This document shows, one piece after another, positions 33,634 to 42,805 of a stretch of 64,000 nt of DNA (positions are counted from its first letter, which is position 1; every line of letters starts with the position of its first letter). Under the pieces are notes generated by a model. That model did no database searches, was not told where the DNA came from, and saw nothing but the letters and a program-made list of their open reading frames with translations. Source of the stretch: Dehalococcoidia bacterium. GTDB lineage: Bacteria > Chloroflexota > Dehalococcoidia > UBA2979. The position numbers and the translations under genes were made by a program. Location: positions 160,001 through 224,000 of the forward strand of contig CAXXDN010000001.1 of NCBI GenBank assembly GCA_963667465.2, in the 5' to 3' direction.

Positions 33634-36408
33634 CTAGCTGATCTCGGCCAGCGACTCCTCGAGGCCGCGCAGGCGCGAGGAGGCCGTCGCGAGGCGCTCC
33701 TCCTCGCGGGCGACAACGGCGGCCGGAGCGCGCGTGCGGAACTGCTCGTTCGCGAGCTTCGCGTCGAGCTTCCGAACCTCGTCCTGCGCCTCGCCGATCT
33801 GCTTGCCGAGCCGCGCGCGCTCAGCATCGAGGTCGAACAGGCCCGCCATCGGCAGCACCACGCGCCCGACCGGCAGCACGGCGGTCACGACGCCCTCGGA
33901 CGGCGCATCCGAGGCGCCCGCCACCACATGCAGCGGGCGCACCCGCGCCAGCTGCCCGATCGCCGCCGCGAGGTCGCCGGCCGCCTCGGCCGCGCCGTCG
34001 GCGACGACGTAGGCCTCGACCCAGCGGCCAGCCTCGACACGCTTGGCGGCGCGCTCGTTGCGGATCGCGCGCACGAAGTCCTGCACGGCGGCCAGGTCGC
34101 GCTCCGCGGCCTCGTCGTGGCGGGCTGCGTCGGCCGCGGGGTAGCGCGCGACGATCAGCTGCGGCGCGCCCTCCGGGTCCGGGCGCGCCTCGGCGAGACG
34201 CTGCCAGATCTCCTCGGTAACGAAGGGCATGAAGGGATGCAGCAGCCGCAGCACGCGATCGAGGACGTGCGCCGCCACGGCGAGCGGGACGCCGTCGCCC
34301 TCGCGCACGCGCAGTTTTGCCAGCTCCAGGTACCAGTCGGCGAACTCGTCCCAGAAGAAGTCGCGCGTCTGGCGCAGCGCCTCGGCGAGCTGGTAGGAGC
34401 GCAGCAGCTCGTCGGCAAGCCCGACCGTGCGCTCCAGCCGCGAGAGCACCCAGCGGTCCTCGCGACGCAGCCGCGGGTCGCCTGCCGGCGGCAGCTCGAG
34501 GTCGGCGTCCGGCCCGGCGAGCGTGCGCACGAGGCGCGCGGCGTTCCAGAGCTTGTTCGCGAAGTTGCGGCCCGCCTCGAGGCGGTCGTCGGTGATGCGC
34601 TGGTCGTTGCCGGGGCTGGTGCCGGAGATCAGCGCGTAGCGCAGGGCGTCCGTGCCGTACTGCTCGATCACGCTGAGCGGGTCGACGACGTTGCCGAAGG
34701 ACTTGGACATCTTGCGCCCGTCGGGCGCGCGCACGAGGCCGTGCAGGTAGACCGTCTCGAAGGGGATGTCGCCGCCCTCGAAGCCGCGCATGTTGTAGAG
34801 CGAGAGCATGATCATGCGCGCGACCCAGAAGAAGATGATGTCGTAGCCCGTCTCCATCACCTGCGTCGGGTAGAAGCGCGCGAGGTCCTCGGCGTCCTCG
34901 TCCGGCCAGCCGAGCGTCGAGTGCGGCCAGAGGCCCGACGAGAACCACGTATCGAGGGTGTCCTCGTCCTGGCGCAGCGGACCGCCGCAGGCGGGGCAGG
35001 CGTCGGGGTCCTCGACAGCGGCGGTCGTCTTGCCGCAATCCCCGGCGTCGCAGTACCAGACGGGGATGCGGTGGCCCCACCAGATCTGGCGGCTGATGCA
35101 CCAGTCGCGGATGTTCTCCATCCAATGCAGGTAGGTGCGCTCGAAGCGCTTCGGCACGAACGCGATGCGCCCGTCACTCACGGCCGCGATGGCCGGCTCG
35201 GCGAGCGGCGCCACGTTCACCCACCACTGCTCCGAGACGATCGGCTCCACCACCGCGCCCGAGCGCTGCGAGTGCCCGACCGCGTGCGTGTAGGGCTCGA
35301 TCTTCTCGATCAGCCCCTTCGCCTCGAGGTCCGCGACGACGCGGTCGCGCGCCTCGAAGCGGTCGATGCCCTCGTAGCGCCCGGCATGCTCGTTGAGCGT
35401 CCCGTCCGGCGCGAGGATGTTGATCGTCTCCAGCCCGTGGCGCTCGCCGATCTCGAAGTCGACCTGGTCGTGCCCGGGGGTCACCTTGAGCGCGCCGGAG
35501 CCCGCCTCGATCTCGATCGCCTCGTCGGCGATGACCGGGATCGCGCGGTCCGAGGTGGGCTCGAGCACCTTGCGCCCGATCAGATGGCGCCAGCGCTCGT
35601 CCTCGGGGTGCACCGCGACGGCGGTGTCGGCCGGGATCGTCTCCGGCCGTGTCGTCGCGATCACGATGTAGTCGCCGGCCGGCGCGGCGGGCTGCGCCCG
35701 TTCCACCGCACCCCCGCCCTCTCCCTCCACGGGAGCGGGGGCCGGATCGGTCCCCGGCTCGCCGTCCTCGCCAACGGCGGGGTAGCGCACGTACCAGAAC
35801 GAGGACTCCACGTCGCGGTACTCGACCTCGAGGTCGGAGAGCGCGGTCTGGCCGACGGTGTCCCAGTTGATCATCCGCTCGCCGCGGAAGATCAGCCCGT
35901 CCTCGTAGAGGTTCACGAAGGTCTGGCGGACGGCGCGCTGGCGCGCCTCGTCGAGCGTGAACGCCTCACGATCCCAGTCCGCCGAGGCGCCGAGCCGGCG
36001 ATGCTGCTCGGCGATGCGCGCCCGTGAGGCGTTCACGAATTCCCAGACGCGCTCGAGGAAAGCCTCGCGCCCGATGTCGTGGCGGCTCACGCCTTCCTCG
36101 TCGAGCTGGCGCTCGACGAGCGCGTTGACGGCGATCGCCGCGTGGTCGACGCCGGGCACCCAGACGGTGTCGTCGCCGAGCATGCGGTGCCAGCGGATCA
36201 GGGCGTCCTCGACGGCGGCGGTGAGGGCGTGGCCCATGTGCAGCTCGCCGGTCAGGTTGGGCGGCGGCATGATCACCGTGAAGGGCCGATCGCCGCCCTG
36301 CGGCTTGAAGAAGCCGCCCTCCTCCCAGGCGCGATAGATGCGCTCCTCGACCTCGGAGGGGTCGTAGACGCTGCGCATCTCCTCGCGGGCGCCGTTCTCG
36401 GTCGTCAT
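33634..36408 (-). CDS. valS: Valine--tRNA ligase
   Basis: PPPNLTGELHMGH, DWCISRQIWWGH, DTLDTWFSS, KMSKS and C-terminal coiled coil; ATG 36408 after GAGGAG. Confidence 0.98.
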   Translation of the reverse strand: MTTENGAREEMRSVYDPSEVEERIYRAWEEGGFFKPQGGDRPFTVIMPPPNLTGELHMGHALTAAVEDALIRWHRMLGDDTVWVPGVDHAAIAVNALVERQLDEEGVSRHDIGREAFLERVWEFVNASRARIAEQHRRLGASADWDREAFTLDEARQRAVRQTFVNLYEDGLIFRGERMINWDTVGQTALSDLEVEYRDVESSFWYVRYPAVGEDGEPGTDPAPAPVEGEGGGAVERAQPAAPAGDYIVIATTRPETIPADTAVAVHPEDERWRHLIGRKVLEPTSDRAIPVIADEAIEIEAGSGALKVTPGHDQVDFEIGERHGLETINILAPDGTLNEHAGRYEGIDRFEARDRVVADLEAKGLIEKIEPYTHAVGHSQRSGAVVEPIVSEQWWVNVAPLAEPAIAAVSDGRIAFVPKRFERTYLHWMENIRDWCISRQIWWGHRIPVWYCDAGDCGKTTAAVEDPDACPACGGPLRQDEDTLDTWFSSGLWPHSTLGWPDEDAEDLARFYPTQVMETGYDIIFFWVARMIMLSLYNMRGFEGGDIPFETVYLHGLVRAPDGRKMSKSFGNVVDPLSVIEQYGTDALRYALISGTSPGNDQRITDDRLEAGRNFANKLWNAARLVRTLAGPDADLELPPAGDPRLRREDRWVLSRLERTVGLADELLRSYQLAEALRQTRDFFWDEFADWYLELAKLRVREGDGVPLAVAAHVLDRVLRLLHPFMPFVTEEIWQRLAEARPDPEGAPQLIVARYPAADAARHDEAAERDLAAVQDFVRAIRNERAAKRVEAGRWVEAYVVADGAAEAAGDLAAAIGQLARVRPLHVVAGASDAPSEGVVTAVLPVGRVVLPMAGLFDLDAERARLGKQIGEAQDEVRKLDAKLANEQFRTRAPAAVVAREEERLATASSRLRGLEESLAEIS

Positions 36409-36477
36409 CCCATGCTCCTCGGGTAGCAGTCTCCGCGAGTAGCGGTCTCCTCGGATGGCTGTTCGTAACGCCGGGCA

Positions 36478-36500
36478 AGCAAAACCCCGCCGAAGCGGGG
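36478..36500 (-). terminator. Intrinsic terminator/attenuator in the valS leader
   Basis: Minus strand CCCCGC-TTCG-GCGGGG-TTTTGCT about 70 nt upstream of the valS start. Confidence 0.7.
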
Positions 36501-36533
36501 CGTGGGCGACCGGCGCGGCCCTCGCTGGGCCGG

Positions 36534-36569
36534 CTAGCCGCCGCTGGCTACAGCTACGTTCCCGTTCAC
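36534..36569 (-). CDS. Putative valS leader peptide (MNGNVAVASGG)
   Basis: GTG AAC GGG AAC GTA GCT GTA GCC AGC GGC GGC TAG; two GTA Val codons; starts 7 nt after the -10. Confidence 0.55.
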   Translation of the reverse strand: MNGNVAVASGG

Positions 36570-36576
36570 GCCCTCG

Positions 36577-36606
36577 ATGGTAGGCAGCGTTCGGCGGAGG
36601 GGTCAA
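36577..36606 (-). promoter_or_regulatory. valS promoter
   Basis: Minus strand TTGACC-18 bp-TACCAT. Confidence 0.65.
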
Positions 36607-36628
36607 CGCGGGGGCACCCTGCTAGCGG

Positions 36629-36820
36629 AGTTACACTCGCCGCCGCCATTTGTTAGTCATCGGGCTCGCACTTACATGACGGGCCCCGCTTTGAAAGCAA
36701 AGTTTCACTTGCATCGCCACTTGTTAGTCATCGGGCTCGCACTTACATGCCGAGTGCCACTTTGAAAGCGCAGTTTCACTCGCCGTCACCATTTGTTAGT
36801 TTTTGCGGCATCACTTACAC
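36629..36820. repeat. Tandem 71-72-bp repeat (about 2.7 units) upstream of the Fic gene
   Basis: Units start at 36629, 36701 and 36772; shared blocks AGTTWCACT, TTGTTAGT, CACTTACA, CTTTGAAAGC. Confidence 0.9.
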
Positions 36821-36867
36821 TTCACGACCAGGCCCGCAACAACGCTAACTCGGAAAGGCGCCTGAAT

Positions 36868-37998
36868 ATGGATGCAGCGAGGTTCGTCAACAGCCGAGCC
36901 GGCCGTCTCGAGGAGACGACGAATGGGGCGCTGGCGTTCGTACCGGCGCCTCTGCCTCGGCTGCTCGAACTTTCGCCCGAGCGTGTGTACCAACTTGATG
37001 AGGCATCACGCGCGGTCGCGACACTGGCAGGCGCCGGGGAAACGCTGCCGAATCCACGCCTGTTGATCACGCCGTTCATGCGGCGCGAGGCGCTGCTCTC
37101 CTCGCGCATCGAGGGTACACAGGCCTCCGTCTCGGACGTGTACGCCACGGAGGCGACGGGCCGCCCGCACGGCGACGCGGATGAGGTCGTCAACTACGTG
37201 CGGGCGCTTGAACTCGGCATCGAGCGGCTCGCCGAACTCCCAATCTGCACGCGGCTCGTCCTCGATCTACACGCCGAACTGCTCACCGGCGTGCGCGGGC
37301 AAGACAAGCGCCCGGGCGACCTGCGAGATCTGCAAGTCTGGATCGGCCCGGAGGACAGCCCGATCGAGGCCGCCAGCTTCGTGCCCCCACCCCCCAACTA
37401 CGTCGCCGATCTGATGTCCGAGTGGGAAGCGTTCGTCCACGACGAGGCAGCGATGCCGCCCCTTGTTCGCAGCGCACTCATGCACCAGCACTTCGAGACC
37501 ATCCACCCGTTCCGCGACGGCAACGGCCGCATCGGGCGGCTGCTGATCCCGCTACTCCTGATCGAGCGCGGCGTCCTGCGCTCCCCACTGCTCTACCTGA
37601 GCGCATACTTCGAGGCCCATCGGCAGGCCTACTATGACCATCTCTCCCGCGTTAGCCAGACCGGCGAGTGGGATCCCTGGCTCGACTTCTTCCTCAGCGG
37701 CGTAGCCGAACAGTCGCGGGACGCCGTGCGGCGCACCCGAGCCCTGCGCGATCTGCAAGAGGAGTACCGGCAGCGGCTGCTCGCCGCCTCAGCGTCGGCG
37801 AACGCGCTGCTGCTAGCCGACGAACTGTTCCTCAGTCCGGTCGTGGCATACCGCATGGTCGCGGAGCGCCTAAGCATCACGGTTCCCGGCGCGCGCCTCG
37901 TCGTCCGCAAGCTTGTCGAAACCAGCGTCCTCAGCCCTTTCATGGAGACGAGCCCGCGACTCTTCGCAGCACGCGAGTTGCTCGATCTGTTGCGGTAG
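36868..37998 (+). CDS. Fic family protein with N-terminal Fic_N region and C-terminal wHTH
   Basis: HPFRDGNGRIGR catalytic motif; SSRIEGT inhibitory-type motif N-terminal to it; C-terminal VAERLSITVPGARLVVRKL helix-turn-helix. Confidence 0.93.
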   Translation: MDAARFVNSRAGRLEETTNGALAFVPAPLPRLLELSPERVYQLDEASRAVATLAGAGETLPNPRLLITPFMRREALLSSRIEGTQASVSDVYATEATGRPHGDADEVVNYVRALELGIERLAELPICTRLVLDLHAELLTGVRGQDKRPGDLRDLQVWIGPEDSPIEAASFVPPPPNYVADLMSEWEAFVHDEAAMPPLVRSALMHQHFETIHPFRDGNGRIGRLLIPLLLIERGVLRSPLLYLSAYFEAHRQAYYDHLSRVSQTGEWDPWLDFFLSGVAEQSRDAVRRTRALRDLQEEYRQRLLAASASANALLLADELFLSPVVAYRMVAERLSITVPGARLVVRKLVETSVLSPFMETSPRLFAARELLDLLR

Positions 37999-38245
37999 TA
38001 GTCGCCCCCTCACTCCCCCAACCGCCGCCGCACCTCCCCTACGACCCGCGCCACGGACCGCGCGCGTGTCTCCGCCGTCCGCGCGCGCTCGAGGAAGGTG
38101 ACCGTGCCCTCGCGCTGCGCCTCTCTCAGCGACTCGAACTCCTCGAGGCAGCCGGGGAGCGCGGACGGGCGAGGAGCCGCGGCAGCGGGCTGCGCAGCGG
38201 CGGCCGAGCGCCTACCCTCGTCGGAGTGCGGAACGGAGGGACGGC

Positions 38246-38767
38246 ATGGAGCTGCGGGGCCTCGGCTACCCGGCCATCATCTGCAAGAACATGCAGCGGA
38301 GCATAGAGTTCTACTCCAAGCTCGGCATGCGCCACCTCTACACCGAGCCGAACCGCGACGACGCCGAGTCCGCGCAGGCCCTGCTGCACGCCGGCGGCGA
38401 CGCCTACCTGCTGCTCGTCGGACCGACCCACGAGGGCGTACGCATCGCCGAGGCCAGCCTCGGCGTCGGCTCGATGCAGTACCTGACCATCCAGGTCTCC
38501 GCCGCGTTCATGGACCAGGCCTACTTCGAGCTCTCCACCGCCGGCGTGCGCGGCAGCGAGGAGATCCGCCGCGGCTACGAGCGCCTCGTCTTCCTCGAGG
38601 ACCCGGACAACGTGCTGATCGCGCTCGTCGCCTGGTCGACCGAGCCGCCACCCGGCCTCGACCGCGCCGAGGTGCTGGCGCGGGCGGGGGAGATCAAGGA
38701 CGCCACAGGCGCGCCGTTCGTCGAGGACGAGCACATCCAGCAAGCGATCGCGGCGCTGAGCGCCTGA
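38246..38767 (+). CDS. VOC/glyoxalase family protein
   Basis: AIICKNMQRSIEFYSKLG and VFLEDPDNVLI motifs; GGAGGG RBS. Confidence 0.8.
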   Translation: MELRGLGYPAIICKNMQRSIEFYSKLGMRHLYTEPNRDDAESAQALLHAGGDAYLLLVGPTHEGVRIAEASLGVGSMQYLTIQVSAAFMDQAYFELSTAGVRGSEEIRRGYERLVFLEDPDNVLIALVAWSTEPPPGLDRAEVLARAGEIKDATGAPFVEDEHIQQAIAALSA

Positions 38768-38789
38768 ACGCCGGACGAGGAGCAGGCCG

Positions 38790-39575
38790 ATGCCGTACGC
38801 CGAGGTCCGCGACACCCGCAGCTGGTACGAGTTGCGCGGCGAGGGCCCGCCGCTGTTCTATATCAGCGGCAGCGGCGGCCCGCGCTGGTCGATGCCCGGC
38901 ACGCTCGACCCACTGATCGAGCGCTTCCGCGTGCTCGCCTACGACAAGCGCGGCCTCGGACGCTGCGAGGCGCCCGCGACGGTCTGGGAGATGGCGGACT
39001 TCGCCGACGACGCGGCGGCGCTGCTCGACGTGGTCGGCTGGGAGCGCTGCGCCGTGGTCGGGGCCTCGTTCGGCGGGATGATCGCGCAGGAGTTCGCGCT
39101 GCGGCACCCCGAGCGCGTCACGAAGCTGGTGCTGTGCTGCACCTCGCCCGGCGGCGACTACGCCTCCTACCCCCTGCACGAGCTGATCGACCTGCCGCCC
39201 GAGGAACGCGCCTCGCGCCGCGTCGCGGTCAACGACCTGCGCCACGACGCGGCCTGGCAGGCCGCGCATCCCGAGGAGTACGCGGAGCTGGCCGAACGTT
39301 CCGTCGGCGGCTACGCGAGCGAGGAGGACGAGCAGCGCCACCGCCGCCTGCTCGCCGCGCGCTCGCGCCTCGACACGATCGAGCGGCTGCCGCAGATCGC
39401 CAGCCCGACGCTGATCGCGGGCGGCCGCCACGACGGTATCGCGCCGCTCCGCAACCAGGAGTTGCTGCACGATCGCATCCCCGGCTCGCGCCTCGAGCTG
39501 TTCGAGGGCGGGCACGGCTTCATGCGCGAGGATCCGCGCGCGCTCGAGGTGATCGTGGACTGGCTCACGGCGTAG
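38790..39575 (+). CDS. Alpha/beta hydrolase
   Basis: YDKRGLG, nucleophile GASFGG, GRHDGI and GGHG motifs. Confidence 0.9.
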   Translation: MPYAEVRDTRSWYELRGEGPPLFYISGSGGPRWSMPGTLDPLIERFRVLAYDKRGLGRCEAPATVWEMADFADDAAALLDVVGWERCAVVGASFGGMIAQEFALRHPERVTKLVLCCTSPGGDYASYPLHELIDLPPEERASRRVAVNDLRHDAAWQAAHPEEYAELAERSVGGYASEEDEQRHRRLLAARSRLDTIERLPQIASPTLIAGGRHDGIAPLRNQELLHDRIPGSRLELFEGGHGFMREDPRALEVIVDWLTA

Positions 39576-39608
39576 CGTCCGGGGCGAGCAGCGAACGGAG
39601 GGACCGCG

Positions 39609-40817
39609 ATGCGCATCGCCGAGGCGAAGACCTGGGCCGTCGCCAACCCCAACCCGCAGCGCGGCGGGCCCTGCTGGATCTTCCTCAAGCTCACCACCGA
39701 CGACGGCATTGTTGGCTACGGCGAGGCCTACGGCGTCCCCTTCGGCGCCAGCAAGGTGCGCGGGCTGATCGAGGACGTCGCCGAGCGGCACGCGATCGGC
39801 CGCAGCCCCTTCGACATCGAGGCGCTCTGGCGCATCGCCTACTCCAGCGGCTTCGCGCAGCGGCCGGAGCTGACGATGGGCTCCGTGATCAGCGCGATCG
39901 AGCTGGCCTGCTGGGACATCGTCGGGAAGGCGCTCGGTCAGCCCGTCTACAACCTCCTCGGCGGGCGCGTGCACGAGACGCTGCGCTCCTACACTTACCT
40001 CTACCCCGCCGAGTCCGGCGAGGACGGCATGCGCTACGCCGACGCCTTCGACGACCCCGACGCCGCCCCGGCGCGCACCGCGGCCTACATGGAGCAGGGC
40101 TTCACCGCCGTCGGCTTCGACCCGGTCATGCCCTACGGCTCATTCGACCCGCGCCAGATCTCGCTCGCCGCGCTCGACAACATCGAGGAGGTCGTGAGGC
40201 GGATGCGCGAGGTGGCCGGCAGCCGTTGCGACCTGCTGATCAAGATGCATGGCCAGCTCACGACCGCCGCCGTGATCCGCCTCGCGCGCCGCCTCGAGCC
40301 GTACGAGCCGCTCTGGATCGAGGAGCCCGTCCCGCCGGAGAACCCGCGCGAGATGGCCCGCGTGGCGCGCGCGACCTCGATCCCGATCGCCACGGGCGAG
40401 CGCCTCGTCACGCGCCATGAGTTCGTCGACGTGCTGCGCTACGGCAGCGCCTCGATCCTCCAGCCCGCGCCGTCGCGCGTCGGCGGCGTCTTCGAGACGA
40501 AGAAGATCGCGGCGATGGCCGAGGCGCACTACGCGCAGCTCGCCCCGCACCTCTACGCCGGGCCGATCGAGGCGGCCGCCAACATCCAGCTCGGTGTCTG
40601 CTGCCCGAACTTCCTGATCCAGGAGAGCATCGAGGACTTCAGCGGCTTCCACGCGGAGCTGCTGAAGGAGCCGATCGAGTGGCAGGACGGCTACATCATC
40701 CCCTCGGAGCGGCCGGGCCTCGGCTACGAACTCGACGAGGCGGTCGCCGACGCGCACCCCTACGCGGGCGACGACGTCTTCCCGCACATGGAGGAGACCC
40801 CGTCGCCGACGGTGTGA
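39609..40817 (+). CDS. Mandelate racemase/muconate lactonizing enzyme (enolase superfamily) protein
   Basis: DGIVGYGE, ACWDIVGKALGQPVYNLLGG, WIEEP, ATGER, LAPH and RPGLG motifs. Confidence 0.92.
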   Translation: MRIAEAKTWAVANPNPQRGGPCWIFLKLTTDDGIVGYGEAYGVPFGASKVRGLIEDVAERHAIGRSPFDIEALWRIAYSSGFAQRPELTMGSVISAIELACWDIVGKALGQPVYNLLGGRVHETLRSYTYLYPAESGEDGMRYADAFDDPDAAPARTAAYMEQGFTAVGFDPVMPYGSFDPRQISLAALDNIEEVVRRMREVAGSRCDLLIKMHGQLTTAAVIRLARRLEPYEPLWIEEPVPPENPREMARVARATSIPIATGERLVTRHEFVDVLRYGSASILQPAPSRVGGVFETKKIAAMAEAHYAQLAPHLYAGPIEAAANIQLGVCCPNFLIQESIEDFSGFHAELLKEPIEWQDGYIIPSERPGLGYELDEAVADAHPYAGDDVFPHMEETPSPTV

Positions 40818-41289
40818 GCAGGCGCCGACGGCTCGGCGGCCCGGCGCGCGAGCGCCTTGTCCGCCGCCGCGATCTCCGCGAGCGAGGTGTAGTACCAGTC
40901 CTCCCAGCCATCCTCCGGCATGCCGGTGAAGAGCATCAGCTTGAGCGGGTAGTGCTCGCTCTCGGTGGCGCGGCGCAGGTCGTCGCGAAAGGGGAAGGTG
41001 GGCTTGCCGAGGGCGACCGCCATGCCCAGCTCCACCATCACGCCCTCGCCGGGCGGGACGCCGTTGACCACGCCGAAGCTGGCGTGGACGTCGACTACGT
41101 CACGGAGATCGGCCTGTCCGATCCGGTAGGCCCAGCCCCGCTCCGTGAAGTCCTGCTGGTTGTTGCGGGCGAACGGCGCCCAGACATCCAGCCCGAGCGC
41201 CTCGAGAACGGCGACAAGCGGCGGCAGCAGCGTCGCCTTCTGCTGCGTGGAGAAGCCATACGGGTTCGCGAGGTAGACCGTCTCGTCAC
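40814..41289 (-). pseudogene. Nucleoside 2-deoxyribosyltransferase-like gene, probably disrupted
   Basis: TVYLANPYGFS...PFARNNQ...WAYRIGQADL...VNGVPPGEGVMVELG...LMLFTG reads in a frame with no start codon; the GTG at 41289 is one base out of frame; the frame runs on into the convergent gene. Confidence 0.7.
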
Positions 41290-41291
41290 GG

Positions 41292-42059
41292 TTACATCAC
41301 CGCGTAGCCGCCGTCCACGGCAATCACCGCGCCGGTGACGTAGTCCGAAGCGGAACTCGCGAGGAACACCACCGCCCCGTGCAGCTCGTCCGGCTCACCC
41401 CAGCGGCCCGCCGGGATGCGGCGGTTGATCAGCTCGTAGCGCTCCGGCTGGTTGTCGGCAATCGGGGCGGTCAACTCGGTCATGAACCAACCGGGGAGGA
41501 TCGCGTTGGACTGGATGTTGTCCCCTGCCCAGGCCACGGCCAGGCTCTTCGATAGTTGAACGATCCCTCCCTTGCTGGAGGAATACGGCGCGCCGCTCCC
41601 ACCACCTCCAAAGATCGAGAACATCGAACCGATGTGGATCAGCTTTCCGCCGCCCTGGGCCTTCATCGACGGGTAGACCGCCCGGGAGGCCAGGAAGGCT
41701 GCCCGCAGGTTGACGTCCAGCACGTGGTCCCACTCATCCGCCGACAGGTCCTCGGGCTCCTTGCGCACGGTGATGCCCGCGTTGTTCACGAGGATGTCGA
41801 GGCGCCCAAACGCATCGAGGGTCTGGGTCACCATGCCGTCGATGTCCGCTTCATCCGTGACGTCGACTGCGATCCCCAGCGCCTGTGCGCCTGCTGCTTC
41901 GATTTGAGCGAGCGCCGCGGCCGTCTTGTCCGGGTTCCGGGCCGCCACGACGATGTTGGCCCCGGCCGTGGCCAGTCCGGTGGCCATCGCGAGCCCGAGC
42001 CCGCCGTTGCCGCCCGTGACGATCGCGACCTTGCCCTCGAGGTCGAACAACTGCGTCAT
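41292..42059 (-). CDS. SDR oxidoreductase (KduD/gluconate 5-dehydrogenase-like)
   Basis: TGGNGGLG, NNAG, YSSSK and DGG motifs. Confidence 0.92.
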   Translation of the reverse strand: MTQLFDLEGKVAIVTGGNGGLGLAMATGLATAGANIVVAARNPDKTAAALAQIEAAGAQALGIAVDVTDEADIDGMVTQTLDAFGRLDILVNNAGITVRKEPEDLSADEWDHVLDVNLRAAFLASRAVYPSMKAQGGGKLIHIGSMFSIFGGGGSGAPYSSSKGGIVQLSKSLAVAWAGDNIQSNAILPGWFMTELTAPIADNQPERYELINRRIPAGRWGEPDELHGAVVFLASSASDYVTGAVIAVDGGYAVM

Positions 42060-42118
42060 GTGGATTGCCTGTCCCTCCGGGAACCCCTTGCACAACTTGC
42101 CGGCAGGTGCCCGCTCTC

Positions 42119-42189
42119 GGCGTTCCCGTGAACCGGGAATCTACCCTCTTTCAGCGGCGCTCTGGATTCCGGCTTCCGCCGGAATGACG
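42119..42189. repeat. REP/RPE-like double-hairpin palindromic element
   Basis: TTCCCGTGAACCGGGAATC...CTGGATTCCGGCTTCCGCCGGAATGAC, matching the widespread GTCATTCCCGCGNANGCGGGAATCCA-type repeat. Confidence 0.65.
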
Positions 42190-42311
42190 GGACGGGTGGC
42201 GGGATTGCGGGACGGGAAAGGGCGCTCCCTCAAGGCAACGCTGGCCGGGCTGAATTGTTGGAGCGTCGCTGCAGGAACCGTGCGCGCCGTCGTTCCGGGC
42301 GGCGAAGCGGC

Positions 42312-42797
42312 TCAGTCCGCCTCCCAGGGCGGTCGGGTCGGCTTCGGGAGGCGCTCCTCGATCTCGCCGCCGGCCGCGTCGAGCTCCTCGTCCCGCAGCG
42401 TGTCCTGCAGCACTTCGAAGAAGGTGCGCTCCTCCCAGCGGATGTGGGAGCGGAGCGATTCGCCGAAGAGCATGAGCGCCTCGCGGCGCGCCCCCGGGTT
42501 GCCCTCGTTGTCGCGCATCCAGGCGATGAGCGCCTCCATGCCGACATGATCGCGCAGCAGGCGCCGCCCGCGCCGGTCATCGGGTCCGGTGTGCCGCATC
42601 AGCCGCGCGAGCAGGCACTCCGACTCGCTGTGGAAATGCGGCAGCAGCCCGCGCGTCCAGAAGCGCAACAGATCGGCGTACAGCTCGTCCATGGCGGCAT
42701 CGTCCGCCTCGGGCAGCTCACGTTCGATGCGCAGCGCGAAGGCAAGCCCGTGGTGGTGCTCCTCCGATAGCCGTCGCAGCCGCGGGTCACGCTCCAT
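42312..42797 (-). CDS. Hemerythrin/HHE domain protein
   Basis: LSEEHHHGL, HFHSESECL, DH and HIRWEERTFF motifs. Confidence 0.85.
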   Translation of the reverse strand: MERDPRLRRLSEEHHHGLAFALRIERELPEADDAAMDELYADLLRFWTRGLLPHFHSESECLLARLMRHTGPDDRRGRRLLRDHVGMEALIAWMRDNEGNPGARREALMLFGESLRSHIRWEERTFFEVLQDTLRDEELDAAGGEIEERLPKPTRPPWEAD

Positions 42798-42805
42798 CGG
42801 GCTCC

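Noticed and set aside
36409-36570. T-box riboswitch upstream of valS
   Set aside because: No UGGNACC antiterminator bulge or Stem I motifs found; a leader-peptide model fits better.
36629-36820. CRISPR array (GTTTCA...TTGAAAG resembles CRISPR repeat ends)
   Set aside because: The intervening segments are near-identical between units rather than unique spacers; no cas genes nearby.
37999-38245. Possible gene remnant between Fic and VOC genes
   Set aside because: Partial open frames on both strands without a start, RBS or recognisable motif.
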